DNA from: an uncultured Bacteroidales bacterium
GTDB taxonomy: Bacteria; Bacteroidota; Bacteroidia; Bacteroidales; UBA10428
NCBI GenBank assembly: GCA_964634105.1
Contig: CAZWIU010000001.1
Location: 16,949-80,948 of the forward strand
Direction of reading: 5' to 3'
DNA: 64,000 bases
Shown here: positions 21,801-28,344 of the stretch, one piece after another
How positions within the stretch are numbered: the stretch's first letter is position 1
Layout: every line of letters starts with the position of its first letter
The notes under the pieces: model-generated
The model's input: the letters and a program-made list of their open reading frames with translations, nothing else
Databases searched by the model: none
What the model was told of the DNA's origin: nothing
Translations under genes and position numbers: made by a program

Positions 21801-22123
21801 ATTTAATAAGTAATGCCATTAAATTTACTAACGATGGTGGTGTGGTAACCATTCAGTGCAGCCAGGATGAAAAAGATAAAAACCTCCTGAGTGTTTCAAT
21901 ATCTGATACAGGTATTGGAATTTCTCCCGATAATATCAAAAAGTTATTCCGCATCGATGAATATTTTTCTACCTCGGGGACTGCAGGTGAAGGAGGAACC
22001 GGTTTAGGACTTATTATCTGCAAAGAATTTGTTGAAAAAAACAAAGGTACCATAAAGGTTGAAAGTGAATTGGAAGTTGGAACAACATTTACTTTTACCC
22101 TGCCTAAATCAGGTTCAAAATAA
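18860..22123 (+). CDS. membrane-anchored sensor histidine kinase with five PAS modules
   Basis: 1087 aa. N-terminal TM segment, then five repeats of coiled coil plus PAS (..LPDxIYIKD..SRF...GKTDFDFYP...TTKVP..D..G.I.G..G.GRDIT), then HisKA (FFSIIAHDLKNP) and HATPase_c. Confidence 0.9.
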   Translation: MTFMTDSIIPLLVIKALWLSHVLFTLTGFILSSVIYLSIRYYRHRKYRLIYSTTESILGESDQLNILINNIPDCVYLKDNLSRYILCNQRFVKLLKSERPEQIYGKTDAEIYKNESANKYLEEDRKILNGEVPILTRKQESQKGNESRITLTTKIPIKNKKGKIIGLMGTIADVTEHEKAAQLLEERNNALEKEETLFRALMDNMPDTIYIKDTECRFLDGNPTQVNITKAGTHENLLGKTDFDFYPKDIAEIFYKDDKQVLETGKPVINKEEIGFDANGNILVKSTTKVPFRDKNGKILGLVGIGRDITKQKEAEEKLKEQAQHLQEVNVLLEERQEEINQQSDELSSQNKILEEERNLLRTLLDSLPDYIYLKDTDSRFVTVNRKLMQVFKTDNLDDVIGKSEKDFYPADYAENFIKDDKHILKTGRAIIDKEEPGIDEQGNFIQLLTSKVPVKDPDGKITGIIGIARDISAIKEAELKLKEQADYLKEMNVLLEERQEEIQQQSSELTSQNTILENERNLLRTLIDTLPDFIYIKDKESRFITANQKILLVMKAPNCQYLEGKTDFDFYPKQIAQLFYNDEQQIVKTGKPLINKEEIGFDIEGNQRTIATTKVPYFDADGNIIGIVGVGRDITEMKEFENILKKQAADLQENNRLLEERQEEVQKQSEALAEQNKILENERNLLRTLIDNMPDYIYIKDKESRFLTVNSRLLHVMHAKSLDEIVGKTDFDSAPTKEAAEQYFQDERRIISTGKPIINKEEIGFDENDRERVISTTKVPFYDADGNIAGIVGIGRDITKQKNAERQLREQAQNLQEVNVILEERQEKIQQQSEELNQQAQHLKKANIQLEQLNATKNKFFSIIAHDLKNPFQAIFGFSELLMRNYGDFDDPQKMELLGMIKTSSESAYNLLENLLQWARTQTERIKYSPADIDLGELIEQNISLSQGSSENKHISLVSQINTTAKAFADKNMINLVIRNLISNAIKFTNDGGVVTIQCSQDEKDKNLLSVSISDTGIGISPDNIKKLFRIDEYFSTSGTAGEGGTGLGLIICKEFVEKNKGTIKVESELEVGTTFTFTLPKSGSK

Positions 22124-22124
22124 T

Positions 22125-23459
22125 TCATTGCTTTCTTACAGCCTGTTGTTTTCCGTAAGCTGATCGGAACGGATCGATAATTCTCTCCAGCAATGAACGC
22201 TGATTAGTTATGACTTCAGCAATTCCGGGCATATTTTGCTGAAAGTTCAATTGAATTCCATAACTTGTAATCAGGAGTGAGCTATCCAGCGTCACTTCCG
22301 CTGCATACTGTTCGTTATTGGGGACCGATGAAATATTTGAAATTTTCCCGTTGACTACTCCAAATTCCATATAAGGATAATTATCAAAGCGTATGATCAC
22401 ATTGTGTCCTTCTTTGATTTTTCCTGCGCCGGCAGCCGGCAGCAAGATTCTGCCAAAAACTTCGCCCTGTTCAACAGGAAGGATTGTCAGCACGATATCG
22501 CCCTTTCCGACATATTGATTTTCACTCCAGATTTTCGTTAATGATACTTTCCCGCTAAAAGGTGATCTCAGAATATAATCCCGGTCCCATAATGATATCT
22601 GACCTTTAAGTCTCTCATAAGCCTCCTGAATACGTTGTGAGTATTGTCTGCCCTCATCCTCCTGCTTCAATTCAAGTTCGAGGATCTCCTGTTGCAGGTT
22701 TGATACTTCTATTTGAGCAGTGACAAGCGCTGTTTGTGTTTTTTTCCACTCATTTTTCTTATTCAGTTTCACGGTCTCTGATTTTTCCAGCTGAGCTGAA
22801 GAGATTATTTTCTCAGCAAACAGCGATGAGTCTCTCGAATATTGTTTCTCCGAAAGAATATAATCCTGATAGAGTATTTTTTCCTGGTCTTTAACTTTAT
22901 CGAGGTAGAGATCAAATTTTTTAAGTTCGGTTCTGACTGAATGAATTTTACGTTGATGATAATTTAATCGCAAAAAACCCGAATATTCCTGTAATTCTTT
23001 TAGTAACGAAGCATATGAATCCTGCATTTCCCCGAGCTTCATCTCACCTTTAAGATCGGCATGGATAAGCGAATCCAGATCAAAGGTTTCCCCTAATTTC
23101 GTTTCGAGCTCCTGTACATCGTTAAAATCGGCAGCTGATTCAAGGACAGCCAGGACCTGGTTCTCCCTTACTATCTCTTTATCTTTCACCTGGAAATATT
23201 TAATCCTGGCTGAGGTATTGGCTATCACATCAGCTGGCGGAGTTTTCGTTGTAAGTACTATTCGGGCCTGAATAATATCAGGGTACCGAAGCAGTGAAGC
23301 AACAATGACCAGTATTATCAATACAGCCATGACAGCCAGTGTGCCATTCCTTACGATCCACCTGGGTACCTGGCCAAGAATTTCTCTCAACTGTTCACTA
23401 CGAAGCTCAAGGCTTTCAGCCTTTTCCATATCGCTATCGGAAATTTTAATTCCCTGCAT
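22125..23459 (-). CDS. HlyD-family membrane-fusion/adaptor protein of the peptide exporter
   Basis: 444 aa. One N-terminal TM helix, a long coiled coil and a C-terminal barrel region. Its start overlaps the PCAT stop by 1 nt (TGATG). Confidence 0.85.
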   Translation of the reverse strand: MQGIKISDSDMEKAESLELRSEQLREILGQVPRWIVRNGTLAVMAVLIILVIVASLLRYPDIIQARIVLTTKTPPADVIANTSARIKYFQVKDKEIVRENQVLAVLESAADFNDVQELETKLGETFDLDSLIHADLKGEMKLGEMQDSYASLLKELQEYSGFLRLNYHQRKIHSVRTELKKFDLYLDKVKDQEKILYQDYILSEKQYSRDSSLFAEKIISSAQLEKSETVKLNKKNEWKKTQTALVTAQIEVSNLQQEILELELKQEDEGRQYSQRIQEAYERLKGQISLWDRDYILRSPFSGKVSLTKIWSENQYVGKGDIVLTILPVEQGEVFGRILLPAAGAGKIKEGHNVIIRFDNYPYMEFGVVNGKISNISSVPNNEQYAAEVTLDSSLLITSYGIQLNFQQNMPGIAEVITNQRSLLERIIDPFRSAYGKQQAVRKQ

Positions 23460-25675
23460 CAGGCACCAAGTTCAAGTTGATTTTTTACCAGCATATAATA
23501 CTTTCCCTTTCGGGCGGTTAGTTCATTATGTGTACCTGTTTCAATCAGCAAACCTTTTTCCAGCACGATGATCTGATCTGCATTCTTAACTGTGCTTAAC
23601 CTATGGGCAATGATCACAACTGTTCTTCCCCTATAAAACTCACCAAGATTCTCCAGAATCTCACGTTCATTATTTGCATCGAGGGCATTTGTTGCTTCGT
23701 CAAAAAGAAGGAAAGCAGGATCTTTATAAATAGCTCTCGCTATCAGTATCCTCTGTTTTTGGCCCTGGCTTAATCCTAATCCGTCAGGTCCTAACCGTGA
23801 ATTGAACCCAAGAGGCATCTCATCACAAATTGTATGGACATTGGCCATACGTGCTGCATAGTAAAGTTTCTCCTTATCGATATTTTCATCAGAGAGAGCA
23901 ATATTTCTGGCTATACTATCGGTAAATAAAAATCCGTCCTGAAGAACAACCCCGCAGGACTTTCTCCAGTATGAAGGACTTATGTGTTCTAAGTTCTGGT
24001 CTCCGATAAAGATATTCCCTGCAACCGGCGAATAAAACTTCAATAAAAGTTTCAATAATGTTGTTTTGCCGCTTCCGCTGGTACCAACAATGGCTGTTAC
24101 TTTGCTATGGGGTATTGTAAATGAGATATCTTTCAATGCATATGGCGATTTCGGCCCTTCATATTGAAAAGAAATATTTTTAATAATTATATCACGTTGA
24201 CTGAAATCAAGTCCCGAAATCAACTGTTTTCTTTCTTCTTCTTCGTTCTCCCTGTCATGAATTTCCGCCAGCCTGTCGAGACTAATACGCGCATCCTGTG
24301 ATGCATGAAAGAAATCAATCATCATATCGATGGGGCCGGAAAGCTGGCCTATTACATAGGATATTGCTACCAGCGTTCCTAATGTTAACTGTCCTTTGAA
24401 GACCAATAATGCAGCAAAGAAGACTATCAGAATATCTTTATATTGATTGAAAATCAACGCCCCAGCTCTTTGCTTTTGAAATAACGACAGCCCACTGATA
24501 TTGATCCGGAATAACCTGGCCTGAATATCTTCCCATTCCCATCGTTTTCTTTTCTCACAATTATTCAGTTTTATTTCATGCATGCCGCTCAACAATTGAA
24601 TTAATGTACTCTGATTACTCGACAATTGGGCAAATTTTTTATCATCCAGCTCTTTTCTTTTACGCATAAATCTCAATGTCCACAATAAGTATAGGATGCT
24701 CCCGAATAAGAAGACGAGGAATATTTTCCAGCTAAATACAATGAGAACTATTCCCATCAGAACAACTGAAAATATTGAATGAAAAAGGTTAATGACAGTA
24801 TTCGATAAAAACAATTCAATTCTTTTATGATCGGCCACACGTTGCAACAGGTCGCCCCTGTTTTTACTTTCAAAAAAGGATACAGGCAATCGCATCAGCT
24901 TGATCAGGAAATCGGAGATTAAATGGATATTTATCCGCGAGCCCAGGTAAAGAATTATCCAGTTCCTGATAAACTCCAGGGAAAACCTGCTTGTAACTAG
25001 TACCAGTTGGGCAATCAGAATGGTGTAAATTAAGGTAAGATTCGGTATTAAAACGCCTTTATCAACCACCGTTTGAAACAGGAAAGGAAGAATGATCTGG
25101 ATAATTGCAACGAGAATAAGTCCCAGCACAACCTGGACAATTAGTCTGTTATAACCACGAAGGTATCTGGTTAAAAAGCTTATTTTACCCCTATTGAAAT
25201 GTTCATCCTCGGATCTATAAAACTCAGGGGTAGTTTCCAATTGAAGACATATTCCCAACTTTTCACCATCTTCTACAGTTGAGGCCCATCCTTTAAGGAA
25301 ATCAGAGTTGGAATAGCTGATTTCTCCAAACGCTGGGTCTACAACATATACTACCTTATTCGTGATTTTCCTGATTATAATAAAATGTTCCTGGTTCCAA
25401 TGAGCTATGCAGGGTAAAGGAATATCAGTTTTCAACTGTTCAAATGACAGTTTAAGTCCGCGCGTCCTGAATCCAATTGCTTCAGCTGCTTCACTGATAC
25501 CCAATAGTGAAACACCTTCATGGCTGATATAACAGCGTTGCCTAAATGACTCGATGGAATAGTTCTTCCCATAGTATTTGGCTATCATCCTAAGACATGC
25601 CGGACCACAATCGTTGGAGTCGTGCTGAATAAATACAGGGAATCGTGACATGAAATAACAAGAATAGATCGACAC
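23459..25675 (-). CDS. peptidase-C39-domain ABC transporter (PCAT; exports and cleaves double-glycine-leader peptides)
   Basis: 738 aa. The N-terminal C39 domain keeps its catalytic Cys (QHDSNDCGPACLRM) and the downstream His/Asp region. It also has a 6-TM ABC domain, Walker A GTSGSGKTT, the signature LSQGQKQR and Walker B LLFDEAT. The true start may be M9 at 25651. Confidence 0.9.
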   Translation of the reverse strand: MSIYSCYFMSRFPVFIQHDSNDCGPACLRMIAKYYGKNYSIESFRQRCYISHEGVSLLGISEAAEAIGFRTRGLKLSFEQLKTDIPLPCIAHWNQEHFIIIRKITNKVVYVVDPAFGEISYSNSDFLKGWASTVEDGEKLGICLQLETTPEFYRSEDEHFNRGKISFLTRYLRGYNRLIVQVVLGLILVAIIQIILPFLFQTVVDKGVLIPNLTLIYTILIAQLVLVTSRFSLEFIRNWIILYLGSRINIHLISDFLIKLMRLPVSFFESKNRGDLLQRVADHKRIELFLSNTVINLFHSIFSVVLMGIVLIVFSWKIFLVFLFGSILYLLWTLRFMRKRKELDDKKFAQLSSNQSTLIQLLSGMHEIKLNNCEKRKRWEWEDIQARLFRINISGLSLFQKQRAGALIFNQYKDILIVFFAALLVFKGQLTLGTLVAISYVIGQLSGPIDMMIDFFHASQDARISLDRLAEIHDRENEEEERKQLISGLDFSQRDIIIKNISFQYEGPKSPYALKDISFTIPHSKVTAIVGTSGSGKTTLLKLLLKFYSPVAGNIFIGDQNLEHISPSYWRKSCGVVLQDGFLFTDSIARNIALSDENIDKEKLYYAARMANVHTICDEMPLGFNSRLGPDGLGLSQGQKQRILIARAIYKDPAFLLFDEATNALDANNEREILENLGEFYRGRTVVIIAHRLSTVKNADQIIVLEKGLLIETGTHNELTARKGKYYMLVKNQLELGA

Positions 25676-25837
25676 ACGAATCTAGCAGGTTTTCCTTAAA
25701 AAATCCAGTGTTTTAAATATTTATGAAATATAAATTAGATTTTTTCAATTGTCGGACCCAGTGGGTTATTAAAAATCATGTGTATGCAAAATCTACTTAA
25801 AATGAATGTAACAGTTGATATGTGATCACTGAAGAGG

Positions 25838-26755
25838 TTAAAATACAACGGAGCGGCGTATTGTCTTCCTCAGACTGAATTTGTCTTCGGTATCTTTCAT
25901 TTTCGTGATCACTTTAGATCTTAAGACTGGTCGGTATGGAATTGTGAAATAAAATGTTGTTCCTTTCGTTTTCACTGAATTATACCAGATTCTGCCTTTC
26001 ATCAGTTCAACAAGCTTTTTTGCCAGGCTGAGTCCTAATCCAAGTCCTTCCTGTGAATTATCCGATTCATCAAGTTTAGCGAAACTTCGATACATAATCT
26101 GTTCTTTACCTTCCAGACCACCAATTCCAGAATCGGTAATAAAAAATTCAATCTCCTGTTCCTTTACTCCAAATCCAATCTCCACTACTCCCTGAGAAGT
26201 AAATTTGAAAGCATTTGAAATCAGGTTACTAAGTACCTGGGTTAAACGGTATGCATCACAATATACATACAGAGGTTTTAATTCTTCAGGTACCGATACT
26301 AAAAATGCAATGTTCTTTTCTGAAATATGTTTCTGAATTGAATAATAGGAATGTATCTCCTGTAAAAGATCATTAATATTGCATTCATCATTTGAAAGTT
26401 GAAGTATGCCTGCCTCAATGATCGATGCTTCAATGATATTATCCATCTTTCTTAAAAACTCGCGACTGCTTTCACGAATTTGAGCAATGTAAGTGTTTTT
26501 CTCCTGATCATTAATGCTGTTCATTTGTATCAGGTCGGAGAATCCAACTATTGCATTTAAAGGAGTACGAATTTCATGGTAAAGGTTTTTGAGAAAGATT
26601 GATTTAGCCCTTTCTACACTGTCTGTTTTTTCATTCAAAAGTTGCTCCAGGAGCTTTACCCGTTTCTTCAGGTAATCATATTCAGCTCCCTCCCTCTTCA
26701 GGAAAAGGCTTCCGAACTTATAAAAACCCCTTTTTATGACGTGTAGTAATTTCAT
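25838..26755 (-). CDS. soluble histidine kinase lacking a recognisable sensor or TM domain
   Basis: 305 aa. Short coiled coil, then HisKA (LYHEIRTPLNAI) and HATPase_c (N-box NLISNAFKFT, G-boxes DSGIG, GLGLGL). Confidence 0.85.
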   Translation of the reverse strand: MKLLHVIKRGFYKFGSLFLKREGAEYDYLKKRVKLLEQLLNEKTDSVERAKSIFLKNLYHEIRTPLNAIVGFSDLIQMNSINDQEKNTYIAQIRESSREFLRKMDNIIEASIIEAGILQLSNDECNINDLLQEIHSYYSIQKHISEKNIAFLVSVPEELKPLYVYCDAYRLTQVLSNLISNAFKFTSQGVVEIGFGVKEQEIEFFITDSGIGGLEGKEQIMYRSFAKLDESDNSQEGLGLGLSLAKKLVELMKGRIWYNSVKTKGTTFYFTIPYRPVLRSKVITKMKDTEDKFSLRKTIRRSVVF

Positions 26756-26868
26756 CCGATAAGAGGAATAATTGAGTCGAAATCTTATTTATCGTAATAA
26801 AAAGAGTCCCAGGTATTGCTACCTGGTCTCTTCAAAAACCCCGTGTAAATGAGAATCTTCCGTAAAGT

Positions 26869-27636
26869 CTAATTCAGTTTTTTCAATACTTTATGCGCCT
26901 CCTTTTTGTAGTAGCCATTATTGGCATCAATACTTTCAAAGATATCTTTGGCTTTATCAATTTCTCCGGTTTTTATATAGCAAAGACCCAGGTACCATTG
27001 TGCAGATTCAATGAACACATTTTCTTTATGATCGATTATTTTTCTGAAATTTTCATTTGCTTTGGTATAATGGTTAAGCTCCATATGTGAAATGCCGGAA
27101 TATAAATTAAGCCCTATCCGGGTTTGATCGCTGTCAAGTATCTTCTCGAACAGTGTAATTGCTTTTGAGTATTCTTTATTCTCGTAAAAGAACATCGCTG
27201 TTCGCAAATCACTATCGACAATATCTTCAGCAGTTCTGAAACTAATATTTATCTCTGCCGGTTGATAATATTCAGCAAAGAGATCGGCTGTTGATACTTT
27301 ATCTTTTGAAGAAGTAAACCATAATATCATCAGAATAGCCAAAGTGGCTGCTACTGTCCCGGCAACATACATGTATCTTCGGATGGTTGATGTCGGAATA
27401 TTCAGTGACCTAACCCATGGTCTGTATATATTCGAGTGAATTTCTTCCAACTGCGTGTGTAGCATCATTGTTTCGTTATCAGAAATGACTTCAAAAATCC
27501 TTTTCTGGAATTGTAATTCTGCCTCAAGCTCCTTATTGTCTTTGAGTTCTTTCTCAAACCAGATTTTCTCGTCGGTTTCCATAACACCATCAAGATATCT
27601 GTCGATATACCTGGAATAGTTAATTTCTTGATTCAT
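26869..27636 (-). CDS. single-pass membrane protein: anti-sigma-factor-like N-terminus plus extracytoplasmic TPR domain
   Basis: 255 aa. The N-terminus IDRYLDGVMETDEKIWFEKELKDNKELEAELQFQ resembles anti-sigma N-domains but lacks the zinc ligands. TM helix YVAGTVAATLAILMILWF is followed by TPR-like repeats. Confidence 0.55.
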   Translation of the reverse strand: MNQEINYSRYIDRYLDGVMETDEKIWFEKELKDNKELEAELQFQKRIFEVISDNETMMLHTQLEEIHSNIYRPWVRSLNIPTSTIRRYMYVAGTVAATLAILMILWFTSSKDKVSTADLFAEYYQPAEINISFRTAEDIVDSDLRTAMFFYENKEYSKAITLFEKILDSDQTRIGLNLYSGISHMELNHYTKANENFRKIIDHKENVFIESAQWYLGLCYIKTGEIDKAKDIFESIDANNGYYKKEAHKVLKKLN

Positions 27637-27878
27637 AGTGTAAAAAATTTACAAACCATTTATAATATCCAGAAAAGCCAACTCCTTTTCTGAACAAACA
27701 ATTAAAATTAATGACGGATCAAAAAAAATTATAAGATTTTCGTACAACCCGGATTTAATATCCGGTAGATACATCTATCATTAGCCCTATTAATTCAATT
27801 CAATAATCAATAACTATACTCAATCAATATGATGTAGCGTTTGGCAGGACTTCCATGCCAAAACAATATTCCATTATT

Positions 27879-28009
27879 AAAAAAAAGGAGGGCAGGAAAA
27901 AGATCTATCGGAAAGGAATAGATTTTGATGGACTTTAGTAGAAATAAAAGGAAACTACAAAGTAATGTGCCAAACCATCTATTATCCTGCCTGGGGATAC
28001 TCCTTTTTT
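27879..28009 (-). terminator. about 130-nt multi-hairpin element closed by a long-range helix and followed by a U-run (putative attenuator/terminator after the peptide gene)
   Basis: Plus-strand aaaaaaggag (27881-27890) pairs with ctcctttttt (28000-28009), and ggcagg (27891-27896) pairs with cctgcc (27986-27991). Two internal hairpins: atctat/atagat near 27903-27923, and ctttagtag (27933-27941) / ctacaaag (27955-27962). Confidence 0.45.
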
Positions 28010-28038
28010 ATTTTAACTCAACATTCTGAGCTTTTCTC

Positions 28039-28161
28039 TTAAATCTTTTTAAATGGATCAACGATGTCTCCTCCGCCTCTCACCTTTCTCATTTCGTTTA
28101 TTGTTAATACCTGGTAATTGCTTTTTTCTGATTTTTCAAGATTAACTTTATACGTTTTCAT
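28039..28161 (-). CDS. double-glycine-leader peptide precursor (40 aa; predicted 10-aa mature core); not in the ORF track
   Basis: My minus-strand translation is MKTYKVNLEKSEKSNYQVLTINEMRKVRGG|GDIVDPFKKI, stop at 28039-28041. The leader fits the GG-leader pattern (L-x-x-x-E-M-x-x-V-x-G-G). The gene lies upstream of, and co-oriented with, a C39 ABC exporter. Confidence 0.7.
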   Translation of the reverse strand: MKTYKVNLEKSEKSNYQVLTINEMRKVRGGGDIVDPFKKI

Positions 28162-28344
28162 TTTACGGGGTTTTAATGTTTCGTTCTGATATATGTTCCA
28201 TTCTCATTAAAAATGTCACCACCCTTTTGACTTTTTTTTCAAAAAAATTTTTAATTATTTCATAAAATATTTTATGCCAGCATTTTACGTTCTTTTCAGT
28301 TTCAGTATAATTTTCTATTTTAGTTGCCGCGAGACCAGCATCAA

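Noticed and set aside
22125-28161. A classical class II bacteriocin (bacteroidetocin-like) locus.
   Set aside because: The predicted core is only 10 aa, with no Cys pair and no amphipathic or hydrophobic stretch, and no small immunity-like membrane gene is adjacent. I cannot exclude it, but a signalling role fits better.
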